From the NCBI GenBank assembly GCA_032718475.1, contig JAUCBJ010001779.1, positions 1-36,854 on the forward strand: 36,854 nt of DNA. Direction: 5' to 3'. This document shows positions 21,708 through 34,269 of the stretch, piece after piece; position 1 is the first letter of the stretch, and every line of letters starts with the position of its first letter. The position numbers and the translations under genes are program-made. Source of the DNA: Nemertoderma westbladi (taxonomy: Eukaryota; Animalia; Xenacoelomorpha). The notes beneath the pieces are model-generated. The model saw nothing but the letters and a program-made list of their open reading frames with translations. It had not been told where the DNA came from and ran no database searches.

Positions 21708-24255
21708 CTGTTATCAACATCAATAATTCTGCGGGTCACCTAAGTTTTCTTTTTTTTTTTAATCCTGTCATATCCAAACTTTATAGAACTTGAAATTTAT
21801 AGACTTTGACACAAAATTGATTGAGTTCAACACCTAATTGTATACAGTCTGCCATTGCTTTCTAATCTGTAGCTATTAAGGAAAGAAATGCTTAAAATAT
21901 TTTTGTTCGGTGGCGTAACAGCCTTGCCTTCATACGTAATAATTGAATACCCCCTATCCCGATTTGGGAGATTTTATTTATTGATTTTCTCCGTACTTTT
22001 AACAGTTATTATATGTTTGTTTTCATATGTTGTCAATTGTCATACTGGTGTGAGTGTATATTTGGAATAATTTCACTTATTTAATACATTGAAAACAAAT
22101 ATGTTTCTTTCCCGTTCCATTCGAGGTGTATAATTTTACCGAGCTCGGTAAATTATAGATCAAAGGAAAAATAACTACTTTTTTCTCCATGTAATACGCA
22201 ATTGTATTCCACAGGTTGCCTTTTCACCTCCTTTTTTCGTAATAACATAATGTAAACGCCGGCTGTTGGCACTCAGAAACCCGACGAATACGTGAAACAA
22301 ATGTATAACAACCTTCCAATATATTATCTTTCTTAATATTAATCAATATATTAAACATAAACCGGTATATAATACTATAACAGCACAATCTATTCAGCTA
22401 ACTCGCTAATGTATATCCGTATTTCCCAAGCCTCCACCTATCTACCATGTACTGTACTGTTCAGCATCCTGTCTGACGTCATTTCCGTCATCATACTGAT
22501 CGGGGGCCTCATAACCAGTCAGGGCCTTACACATAGTACCGACACTGTATGATCGCGCCGTGCATTTTTGGTGTGAATTTTTGGTGTGGTCTATTTAATG
22601 GTAACGGCTGGTTTGGTTGTGTATTTATGAAACAGACAGCAGAAGTATCAGTGCACGGTTCAGGAAAGGTAATGTATTCAAAGGTAAACATCGCGTTTGT
22701 CTTCAAAGTCGGTTATAAAAAGAGTTAAAGAGGCAATTTTGTGGAATAGTAACTTTTTCTTTACAATTCTACAATTACAAATTATATTTATTTCCTAATA
22801 TGATCAAAATATATAATTAAAAAAAAATACTCTATGCGTTTCGTATATAGAAATTGGAAAAGGGATAGACATTTTAACATCATTCAGTTACTATAAAACT
22901 TTGCAAACATTATTCTGAAACATATTTAGTTGTTATACTACAGTCTCTTCCCACAGTACTAAAATATAAAATAAATTATATATATAAATTAATTAGTAAT
23001 TAACTTATCACTAGTAGCTTTTATGTTGTAATTTTTTGCAATCAATTAAAAAGTTTATTTGATAATCTCCAGGTCACATTTTGAATGAATACATTTGCAT
23101 TACAAAAATATTATGGATAGTTCCATTTCAAGAATGAAATTTACAATTAAATAAATTAATATATTTTATTTTTATGTCAATTTGAAAGACAACATCAGGA
23201 TTGATTATATATTTAGTTGAAAACGATGATGTACTAAAAAGTACATGTTATTCATATTGTTATTGTTCTTAACTAATAATACCAACAGAATGCTAATAGA
23301 CCTAATATGTTTCCTATTCACATCACCTATAATTTATACGGATATTCTCTCAGTTGGAAACCCGCTATTGTTTTTTGTGTGGCCTGCCTTTATGTATGTA
23401 ATGTATTTAATATAGTTATCTGAATAATGATGCATCGCATAGAGTTAGTATAGTGCGCACCTCTTACGAAAAGAAAATATATTCAACCACTGAAAATGTT
23501 CGAGGAAAAATAGGTGCGATGAGAAAGTTGATATATCGATGGAATAAAAAAACAAACTATCCATATCCAATGCTAATAAAAGGTCGGGGATGGGGGTTGG
23601 TTGGCGTTAATTCGTAGCAAAATTGCGATATGATATTCTGGAACATACATAGTTGTATAGGAGCAAAGTTGTTCCTACATTCCGCCATGTCGGATAGTAC
23701 AAATCTTGTATCCGACAGAAAATGACAATTTTAGTTTATGAAAAAATGATATAAAAAATATATTGAGAGATTTAAATGATATACCGATACCTACAGAACA
23801 GATTTCATCAAAACAATATTATAACACGTTATTCTCACCAAAATTGCCAATAACAAGTTGTATATTTTGCAAAACATAATGCAGATGTTTTCTTTTAATT
23901 TTTCTTGTATATATTTAATCTTATTCACTCCTAAATAGCTAATATATATACAAATACATGGCCAAATATTTGGCGCACACCAGTAAATAAAGGAGAGTAT
24001 TTTATACCACTTTATTTTTGGCTTATGTTGTTGGTTCTTTGTGGTTTAATTTATTGTTTCGTGTCATTTAGCTTTGTTTATTTGATGCTTATGGTGTTTC
24101 CAGTTAAGTGTGTTTCCGAAATTGTGCTATCGGTGCGTTGTTGAGAAATTATTGTAATATTTGTATTGTTTTGTTTTGTATAATAGCTAGAAATAATAAG
24201 GTATTTAGTAAATGGAAACGATAGTTATTTATAAACATTGGTTAATACCAGTATG

Positions 24256-24593
24256 TACGGTGGCTGATTGTGGTCAATTATTTCCATTTTTTAATGTTTT
24301 TCACCCGGGTGAAAAACATTTATCACCCGGGTAAAAAACATTTAAATGTTTAACTATTGACTTTTGTTTATTGTTTTGGTTAGAATAACATGCCACTGTA
24401 ACCTGATCCTTTCCATTAATTGATTATTAACATTGGTCGAGATATTAATTCGCCAAAAACTCTATAAGGAAACTAACTACTGTACATGTGTTTAGAGTTC
24501 TGACACCTATTTTTCACCCGGATGATAAATGTTTTTTACCCGGGTGAAAAACATAAAAAAAATTGAAATAATTGGCCGCTATCAGCCACCGTA
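24256..24593. mobile_element. 338-bp MITE with the same termini as the IS3EU-like element
   Basis: TACGGTGGCTGAT...ATCAGCCACCGTA; flanks AGTATG (24250-24255) and AGGATG (24594-24599), a 5/6 TSD match; subterminal TCACCCGGGTGA palindromes. Confidence 0.85.
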
Positions 24594-27500
24594 AGGATGA
24601 CAACGTGTACCCTCATATTCTATTTAAATAGCAAATAAAATTAATAAGGAAAGGACTAATTGGTACTTTAAAGTCCCAATTCCCAATTAAACTTCCAATA
24701 ACTGATTTACAATAAATTATCGATACTAGATTTTATTTATAAACGGCCTAGAACACCATTATTTTTACTTAGAGTAGAATTTAAGGAGATTCAAAAACAT
24801 GTGGCCCCCCAGGCTCCACCACTACTCACGTTATTCGTATTTCAAGAACAAGATTTTGACACACCGTATGGTGTTGGTGTCCAGTCCATATAGAACAGAG
24901 GATAAGGGATAAAAGCAGAGAACATTTCAGCCTTTCAGTTACATTTAATAATTAAAAGTTGTTGACGTAGGCAAATTAAAGTAAAGTTGTCGTCGGTATT
25001 ACATTATATAAACACAATAATTGTACTGTGTTAAAATATAATATAATACGATACAATGATTATACATAATACAACCAAGGCATTACATTGTCTAAGTCTA
25101 AGTGTCCCCGTCGACTTTGCACCAGTTACACCGCAGTTATTCTTCAACCTTATAGTGATTTGTTGGTACTATTATAAAGCTGGCCGTCGTGCAAGGATTC
25201 CAAATATGTAACACGATCTGAGTTTCGTCGTAAAATAGCTGAGGTATTATTGACATTCGAATATTGCATGTATTTGCACCAGCAGCGCTAATATAGCGCA
25301 ATTTTATTCTATTTAATAAATACCCCATATTCTGAAACATTTATGCATTTATGGAACTATAACTACATGTACTGGTGTTATTATATACGCATTACATTGT
25401 TGCCAGCAGATATAAATTCATAAAAATTTTACAGAATATGATTATACTTACAGTACTAAGATTTCTAGGTAAAATTGTGGGGGGCTGGGGGGGGGGGGGG
25501 GGGTTCTAGATATCTGAATAACGATACTAGTAATATATAGTGTTTAAACGTTCAGGATAATTAAATTAAAGGAGGTTAGGGTATTCAGGCCGTAGTAACC
25601 GCCTGCACGGTTCCGTTTTAAGTAGGTTACTGTAGCTTTACCGGGGCGGGCCCAGGAGACCTCAATAATTTACAGTACTTACACCCAATTGGGACGTAAT
25701 TTGACAAAGATATTTTAAATAAATGGAATTACGCCGTTGAAAAACTCCTGTCCGAACTCGGATTTTGTATTGTTCAACTTTAACAGCCTAATGCCATACA
25801 GGTTATTATACAATGTCCGAAAATGTTAAGTGTATTTATTAAGGGGGGATAACCCCCACCCCCCCCCCCCCCCCCCCCCCCAGAACTCTTTTAAATGTCT
25901 ACTGAAATTGAAATATTTTGATTTTATACAGTATGGGCTGATAAAATATGGCCAAACATTTTTTTTCGAAAAATCAGTCGCCCTCTAGCGGCCATTGAAT
26001 GAAACAAGATTTGCGGTTAAAATGCTACTAGTCATTCAATTTTAGGTTAAATTGTCTGAAACCAATTTTTTTCGAATTACTGAGGTGAGCTCCACAAAAG
26101 TTATCGAATAAAATTTTTAGTTTTTCCTTTATATGAAAATTAATTAATATTTATTAATTAAATACATATTTTTGGCTTTAATTTGTAAAATTAGCTTTAA
26201 AATAAAAATATAAAAATTCCAACCGATAACTTTTAGAGAACAGTTGAAAACCTTTCGAATGAGCCAAGAATAAAGAAAATTGGATAAAAAATTGCGGAGT
26301 AGTATTTTGAAAAATGAAAAATTTAATTCCGAGATAATTGCCTTCCCGCCAAAAGTGGCTGTCTTTGGTCGGGTTGGTAAATCATTTCTGGCAGATCAGA
26401 AGATAGAAGCAGATCACCGAGCTAAAACTTTCCTTATGGGGGTTTGCGTGGTTGCTGATTTCATTTCCGATGTCAGTTTTAAATTTTGGTGGAATCTAGT
26501 TTGTCTGTCGGTTGTCTGTCTGTCTTAAAATTTGACTGACAGGCCGCCATACAGGAAAACAGCGATAACTCTAGAACTAAAATAGGTTTCGCTAAGCGGT
26601 TTTTAGATTTGAAATCCTGATTAAAGTCTGCTATAGAGTAAATAAAAAAACAGACATTTGAAATTTTGAGCAGGGGGGGGGGGGGGGTAACATATGTCAT
26701 ATGTCAACTCGAAAGAATTATACGCAAAATATAAGCAGATGTTCCCTAAACCCTTTTACCACCTAGAGGCAGACAGACTGGCGTGGGTAACTGCTGTCGA
26801 TTTAAGACCTCACAAAAAGCTGTCTAGAATATATGTGCCATCCGCCAGGTATCAATCAGGAATAAAGGATTATAAACAATAATATGAAAGGGCTGAAGGT
26901 TTTCTTTTCAGATTTCTAAAATGTTTTCATTTCAGCCCACTAGCGGTAGACTGAAGAACTGCCGAGGGAATACTGCACCAACACAGACGCAGCCTGTGGA
27001 TGTTCTACGGTCTAGCATGTATATCTGACAAGTTTCAGCTTGAACAGATAACAAATAACGAAATGAGAGAAGGTTTTAACTTTCAGATATTTCGACCTCT
27101 AGCGGCAGACTGGAAAACTGCTGTTGGATAACCTTCATCAAAAGACGTAGCATGTGGTCTGGGAAATATATTCGAAGATTCAGCTCAAACAGATTGAGAT
27201 CAAAGATTGCGGCAGACTGCAGAACTGCAAACAGATTACCAAATCAGACAAATGACGGAATGGGACCCGGATGTAGCCCTTTTACTCATTTTAGATATTT
27301 AGCCCTCTAGCGGCTGACTATAGAACTGTAGACGGATTTCCCTCCTTTGAATGACACTTTGACACCTTTGACGTGGTTTAGTACAAACTCGAACGGATTA
27401 TAAAAAGCAAAGAAAAGGGAGGACATTTAATGTTTAGACATGTAGCCCTCTAGCGGGAGACTGTTGAAAAGATGGTGTCGATCAGTCTCTAAAAAATCTC

Positions 27501-27884
27501 AATTTCTTGTCGTACTGATGCCTACAGATTTTCAACTCTACAGCTTTAAGGTGACATTGCCTAATATGGGTCATTTCGTATTTGAGTGGCTCCATAAATG
27601 CGGACATTTGTCTTGTAAGAGCCATTATATATATGTCTAAGTGGCCCTTTAGCAACAGTGACTAATTAAGGCCATTTTGAACTTCAGTGGATCCAATGGA
27701 ACATTGTCATACATGGGTCATTTAAAATCTGAATTCGATCGACGCTCTGTGAATCCTATAAAAGCGGTTCCGATATAGCAGCGCTAGTAATAGCAGGTAA
27801 GGTTTACTTTATTTCACGCTTCACTTCTTTCATTTTTTGTTTCTTTTGCGGAAAATGGCCAAAAATAGTTGATTTTGCGTTAAA

Positions 27885-28124
27885 CATCGCCAGACCAGTT
27901 GGTTGAGCACCGGGCTTACAATCTATTGGTTGTAGGTTCGAGCCCCGCCAGTGTCCACTCAGCCTTTCATCCCTGTGGTCGATAAAATGAGAATCATCAT
28001 TACCTTCACGTAGCAGCATGTTAGTTTATCGGCTCGGATGGAAATGTAGAACTTTCCATGTTTAGCTCTTTCGAGGGGTTTGGGTTGGTATCCCGTCTCA
28101 GACTTGGAGATTAAATCAATAATC
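27885..28124 (+). mobile_element. tRNA-derived SINE with Deu/Nin-like core
   Basis: A-box-like CCAGTTGGTTGAGC, B box GGTTCGAGCCC (27935-27945), then CACTCAGCCTTTCATCCCTGTGGTCGATAAAATGAG, which resembles the Deu/Nin SINE domain as I recall it; short AATC tail. Confidence 0.75.
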
Positions 28125-28409
28125 TGCAATAATTCGAGTCTCTTTGTACTTTATGTATCATTTGCTCCTCTCACTGAAGGTAGGCCTAATAGAAAGCGGA
28201 TCGTTTATTAGGTTACTCTGAATATCGAGCCAGTTCAATGATTTAGCGGGATGAATCTGAGCACACAGGTTACAAATTGGAGCACCTGTTATTGAAGCAC
28301 CCATCTATACAAATTTACATTCCCAGTTAAGAAATTCAGAAGCAGCTTACGACTAAGTGACCTGTTAGGAATTGGTCACCTGTGATCGATGTGGAATCCC
28401 GGTGGCCGC

Positions 28410-28511
28410 AAAACGTAACGGGCAATAAAACGTTACGGGCAATAAAACGTTACGGGCAATAAAACGGTACGGGCAATAAAACGTTACGGGCAATAGAACG
28501 GTACGGGCAAT
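28410..28511. repeat. 17-bp tandem repeat AAAACGTTACGGGCAAT, 6 copies
   Basis: Direct reading of the sequence. Confidence 0.95.
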
Positions 28512-29444
28512 AAAAATATATTTTATTTCAAAATTTTTGAAAAAAATGAGTTATAAAATTCTGCATCTGCATCTGAAGATATAATTTTTGATAGTGGGTG
28601 GTTTTTAACCCCCCCCCCCCCCCCCCCCCCCCGCCCGCCTTTTTAGTATTTATTTACCATACAAATTGGCATTAATTTCGCGAAAACATTGACATTGCTA
28701 TGATGATAATAAATTAATTAATTAATATTCGATAATCGATATGATAAATAAAATGTTGTAAATTAATTGTTATACGAATAGACTACTGGTTCTTAGACTA
28801 ACATACACTAGTGAGTAACATAGCGAACTAACATAGATAATTAGAATAAATTACAACCAATTATAAATAAACAATAAGCAATTATATGAAAAACAATAAC
28901 ACAATACAGCAATAATCTGCATATATAAATGTACCACTTGTATACTAATTAGTGCATTCTAAATTAATATTACACATGGTTATTAATTCACCAGTATGCT
29001 ATGCTATGCTATGCATGTATATCGTATATTTATTACTGTTTATTGTACTAAATAAATACAAATAGCGATAAAGTTAAAACAATCGTATGTGGTAAAGTGC
29101 AATAAAACAATTAAAAACGACTTAACGAAACTTAAATAAATTGTTCTACCGGTAGTAACAAAATAAAATCGCTGCATAAATAGATTTCACTCAAACATTG
29201 GAAAATATAATAAAATTAGCAAAGTATAATAAGAGAGGCTACCGGTACCGATATAGGCCTATATATATATAATAACGATTTCTGAATAATAATATGAATA
29301 TAATAGGCTATCTGAATGTGAATATAGTATTTAATAGTAAGTAAATAAATAAATTATGTCAATAATAATTTAAAAACCGTTCTGCAGTTTATTAAAATTT
29401 CCTAGGCCTATATCCTAAATATCAGAATATAGGCCGATAATAAT

Positions 29445-29876
29445 TTAACTAAAAAATGCAAGTTTGGAATCTAACCATTCCTCCGTTAAATCCTCTTTAT
29501 TTCGGACTTCAAATACTTTAGTGAGCTCCGCTGTTTTTACTATGTTCAACTTACTCCCCGCGTACATCATCTGAACCTCCGGCTTACAACCAGAGGGCGA
29601 ACAAAAAATGAAACAGTAGGGATATGAGACCCTCCCGTCGTCAAACCTTCTAATACTGGAATAAACAATATATCTGGGTTCGTGGTCTGGTAATTCCTCT
29701 TGCAAAGCATCAAGGTTTTCAAGGTCGTCGTAGCATTCTTCGGTAACTACCGTCATTGTCGATTTGTTGATCTTCAAAATAATCGCGGCTCGATTTTTGT
29801 CTTTCCGAAATCGGAATTTCCGAAGTTGCTTCGCAACGTCTTCGTGGAGAGCACAAACGGTTAAAGTGTCCGACAT
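29445..29876 (-). CDS. GMF: Glia maturation factor (ADF-H/cofilin family), 143 aa, single coding exon
   Basis: MSDTLTVC...LRKFRFRK...AAIILKI...ELPDHEPRYIVYS...DDGRVSYP.CFIF.SP.GCKPE.QMMYAGSK...TAELTKVFE.R...DLTEEWL..KL.FF gives a full-length match to GMFB/GMFG. AATAAA on the minus strand at 29388-29393. Confidence 0.97.
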   Translation of the reverse strand: MSDTLTVCALHEDVAKQLRKFRFRKDKNRAAIILKINKSTMTVVTEECYDDLENLDALQEELPDHEPRYIVYSSIRRFDDGRVSYPYCFIFCSPSGCKPEVQMMYAGSKLNIVKTAELTKVFEVRNKEDLTEEWLDSKLAFFS

Positions 29877-30170
29877 GTTGCTAAAAATGTCAGTAAATCA
29901 GTACAACAGTAAAGGTACCGGTAACTCCAGAACTCTTTACTGCGTTAAACTACTGAACTACAGTACTGCAGTAGGCCCACTGAATACTGGAATACAAGCA
30001 ACAAGCGCACGGTCACTGTAGCTACTGCATACTGGCTGACTACTACTGGGAATTGTGTTAATAATATCTCGTCCAAGGCGTACTATATACAAGGCCATGC
30101 CATCGAGTTAACTGGGGGCGGTGGTGACTGGGGGCAAGATTTTTTTGACAACAATTTGATATGTTGATAT

Positions 30171-31968
30171 GGGGAGAGTTCTATAAATTTTAATTTGCTG
30201 CAATTTGGTCAATGGACGTAATTGAAGCATTCTCGTTAAGTAAGATACAAAATTTTATGGTAGCTAGTGTTTTAGATAGGTTTAGCTAGTAATTTCGACA
30301 CTGGTTCCGACATCCTACTTCCCTCTATAAATATTTTATAGTAGCTAGTTCTTTTTACTATTTGTATAGAAAATGTTCCAGAAAATGTTAGCTATTAATT
30401 AAATTTTTTTATTGATTTTAAACACGTTTTAGAACGATTCCATGCGTTTTAGATAGAATCCAGATTTTTTTCTAAAAAATGTTCTAGAACAAAAAATATT
30501 TGTTCTAGAACATAATTTTTTTTAAAAATGAATAGCTATCAATTAAATTCCAAGTCAATTTATATCAATTTCAATTCAGGTCAGGTCAGGTATTCTAGGT
30601 CATTTATCAAGAAAACGTGCCATCTCCATGCAGCATAAAGGGGGTGCCACCTGTAGCTGCATAGACCCTCTTACTAGGGCAAATCTGGTCCTGAAACTAG
30701 GACCCCCTTCGTTCTGGGATAAGGACGCCCTTGGTCCTGGATTAAGGACCCATATACTTGGCTGCAGGGGTATATGGCCTGGCCAGGCAGATGGTGATCT
30801 ACCAATATGGCTGGTCAGGAGTAGAGTGTTCTCATGTCCACTCTGAGTGCACTTCACTGCGACCTGCACCTGGCAGCAGGGGTACAGGGCATGACCCAGC
30901 AGATGAGCTGCACAGCCAATGGTGGGTCATGTGCACCAGAGTAGATATGGGTGATGGGCCTCATATCTGACTCCACTGCGACACCCACCCTGTGGAATGG
31001 CAAACCAGGGTGTGGTATTTGCCCCGAGAGCTGACTCGGCAAAAAAGCACCCCCCAACCCCCACTATGGATTACATTAGTAATGCGGAGGTCCGGCCACT
31101 AGAGGCCAGTGGAATTACCGGACACAATCGGCCTCACAGGCGTCAGTTATCTCCTGACCGGCTGCCTGTCTCACCCCCTACTGGAGACAGAGCAGCCAAC
31201 AATTCTTTGAGTCCCTTTCCTGATGACCTTTCTGGCCCAAACCCTGGGTCACCAGGGAGGCCAGATTATTGTGAGGGGGAGAGGGATTCGGGAGTTCGAG
31301 GCTACTCTCATATTCCACCCCGACCAACAAAGCCATTGGTGAATCTGAGGCAAGTTACTAGACTAGCCTCAGTAAACACCCTAACACTCGGGTCCCCAAT
31401 GCTACAAGGTGAGCTGACTGCCTTGGCAGATAAGCTTTCTCTTAGCGTAGTGGGTGTTCAAGAGCACCGAATGCACACTGGACAGACTGATGAGGTTCTG
31501 ATTAAGGACATGGGGGTGGTTGGCGACTCGCCCTCGCGTCAGCAGATGATAGTGGCAATGGTGGTATTGGTCTATTGATAAATCCAACTGCACATGCAGC
31601 ATTGTACAAAATAGACCTGGCTAAGAAGTTTCCTAAGGTGGTTCTGATTGTGTGCTACTCTCCAACTAGTGTTGCCCCTGCAGAGAAGGTGGAAAATGTC
31701 TACCACAATCTACAAGCAGCTACTGATGGAGTGGATCAGCATGCATTCTTAACATTCCTGGGAGACTCTAATGCATAAGGACTATGTAGCTACTGTACTA
31801 TGAAATATTTATAGAAGGAAGTAGGATATCGGAACCAGTGATGAAATTACTAGCTAAACCTTCTAAAACACTAGCTACTATAAAAATTTTTATTTTGCGT
31901 AACGAGGAGACTTCAATTACGCCCATTAACCAAATTGCAACAAATGAAAATTTATAGAACTCTCCCCA
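30171..31968. repeat. Inverted pair of about 170-bp repeats (30171-30340 and 31798-31968) bracketing the RTE fragment
   Basis: GGGGAGAGTTCTATAAATTTT...CATCCTACTTCC matches the reverse complement of GGAAGTAGGATATC...TTTATAGAACTCTCCCC; a weaker outer IR at about 30076-30100 and 32045-32068. Confidence 0.8.
30577..31778 (+). mobile_element. RTE-clade LINE 5' fragment (5' UTR and APE endonuclease), degenerate
   Basis: ASVNTLTL, VVGVQEHR, GGIGLLIN, IVCYSPT and LGDSNA motifs across frameshifted ORFs; truncated before the RT. Confidence 0.8.
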
Positions 31969-32507
31969 TGCCTGCACACACACAGTACAGCAGTACGCTA
32001 CCGTTTGTAATCCATCCTCCATAAATTATGAAGGCTGCACTCTTGCAAGGCCTTTAATAGAGTACGCTATGGGCTGGCTGCTTACTAGTATTATTATATA
32101 GGTATTGTACTGTATTGTTACCCAGCTACTGATAAGTTACATATTAAAATGTAGAATAAATGGACTCAATCACAGCTCAACGCAAAATATGTAACTTTCA
32201 ACGCCCATTATATCTCAGATATTCCTGTTGAAAAATTTCTGAATTAATTACATGTTTAGTTTCCCTGCAACAACGTCATCTTCCATTCGTTACCAACGAA
32301 CCCTCTATAAGATTAAAATATCGACTGAGATACCTATTTAAAGCGCTTGTAGGTAAGGATTGAAAGCGAAGGCGGGTTGATATCTCGACACGGGGAATTA
32401 ACAAAAAATTTAATTATCAATAAATTTGTTTTAGTTATTCTAACCAAAACAATATGTGACAAAATTTTAGGGATTATGGAAATACGCCTTATATTATCAT
32501 ATTTTTT

Positions 32508-34000
32508 TTTTGATTCGGTGGTGCACTCTAAGCTTTTGGCAAAACTGTCTTCATATGGTATCTGCGGCAATTTACTACATAGGTTGGATTGGTGCATTTT
32601 TGGCTAACAGAACTCAACGAATAGTGGTTGGTAATTGTTTTTCTGAAATTTGCAAGGTTACTTCAGGCACTCCCCAAGGTAGTGTTCTGGGACCTGTCCT
32701 GTTTCTGATTTTTATAAATGACCTTCCGGTGCTATTAGACTCTGTTACAGTTAAACTATTCGCTGATGACGTTAAACTATATTCTCCTGTTGTCGCTAAT
32801 TGCAGTAATGCTAATCTTATTTCACAATCGCTTAACACGTTAGGTAACTGGGCTATCAGTTGGCAGTTAGGAGTGGCTGCCCATAAGTGCTCAGTTATAC
32901 AAATTGGTATTACAAATCCTTTGTTAACTTATTCACTCAATGACAAGCCGATTAAATCAGTTTGTCATTGTAAAGATTTAGGTATTACTGTGTGCGACAA
33001 CCTTACAGTTCGATAAATATTGTCGTGAACAAGTAGCTAAGGCTTATAAAATCTCTAACATGATTTTTCGTTGTTTCTATACGAACAACGAAAAGGCATT
33101 GCTTTTAGCCTACAAGGCATATGTTAGGCCTTTACTAGAGTATTGTACTCAAGTATGGTCGCCGTTCACGATGGGTAGTATCGATCTCATTGAAGGTGTG
33201 CAACGTTATTATACGAGACGTCTTTATCTTCGGTGCAATCTAGGTAGGACTAGTTATTTCGAACGATTGAAGCATTTTAAGCTGCAACCATTAGAAATTC
33301 GCCGTATTATTTATGATCAAAAAATGGTTTTTTCTATTTTACACGGTCTGATAGATTTATCCTTTGATGATTTTTTCTCTTATCCAGTGCGTAGTGGATT
33401 GAGAGGACACAACCACAAGCTATTGGTTAACTACAGTAGACTGCAAATTTCGAAATTTTCGTTTGCCAATCGCGCGATTCCAATATGGAATTCATTAGAC
33501 GCAACAGTAGTAGATTCAGAGAGCTTACTCTCTTTTTCACGTAAATTACTCGATGTTGATTTGCTGCATTTTTGCAAATTTGATAGAAACTTGGCGTGAT
33601 CCTTTTTAACTATTTTTTAATTAATTATTTTTTACTTATTTTTAATTCAGATTCGTCATTGTAATTAATTGCTTTTAGTACCGGTACGGTTTCTGCTTCA
33701 CTACTGTTTCATTAGTTTTTATTCGCTTAAATATTTAGTTTATAGATATAATCAATGTTCCTTGCTTTATTTATAGTGTATTTGCTTTCTTTAATTATTG
33801 TTCATACCTTATTTTATATTAATAAGTTTCATCATTCTGGATTTTTAGTGTATGGCCCCCATAAGTGCAGTTAAAGCCTAGGCGGTCTTCTCCCCTTTTA
33901 TAATTACTTATAATTTAGTGCATGCATAATTTATTATGTTTATCGCATGAATGTTTATTTTACCATGGTCTGAGTGTTGATAATAATAATAATAATAATA
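32508..34000 (+). mobile_element. 5'-truncated CR1-like LINE (RT core, C-terminus, 3' UTR, (TAA)n tail)
   Basis: SGTPQGSVLGPVLFLIFINDL, FADDVK, KDLGI, YVRPLLEYC..VWSP, LRGH..KL and WNSL; (TAA)n at 33981-34000; disrupted near 32590 and 33016. Confidence 0.92.
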
Positions 34001-34204
34001 TCAAGTGACTTATATTGTCAGTGCAAAAACAGTTCATGGTGTTTGGAAATATGCGACAGGGTTGGGAAGGATTGAAATGTACGTAGGAGTTATTAGTTAT
34101 ACTTATAGTACCCGATCAGAGTTTGTTGCGATTATTTGAATTTTAAATTGAATATACAAAGTGTAAAAAGTGCCGGGGACATATGATATGCTGCCTTCAC
34201 CTTC

Positions 34205-34269
34205 AGCAAATAAACTTTGTATAACAACCACGGCCTTCGGCCTCGGTAGTTTATACAAGTTTATTTGCT
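34205..34269. repeat. Hairpin-forming palindrome around CGGCCTTCGGCCTCGG
   Basis: Paired arms AGCAAATAAAC/GTTTATTTGCT, TTGTATAA/TTATACAA and GGCC/GGCC. Confidence 0.7.

Noticed and set aside
27885-27955. Functional tRNA gene
   Set aside because: Anticodon and acceptor stems do not pair, there is no poly-T terminator, and it runs into a SINE core.
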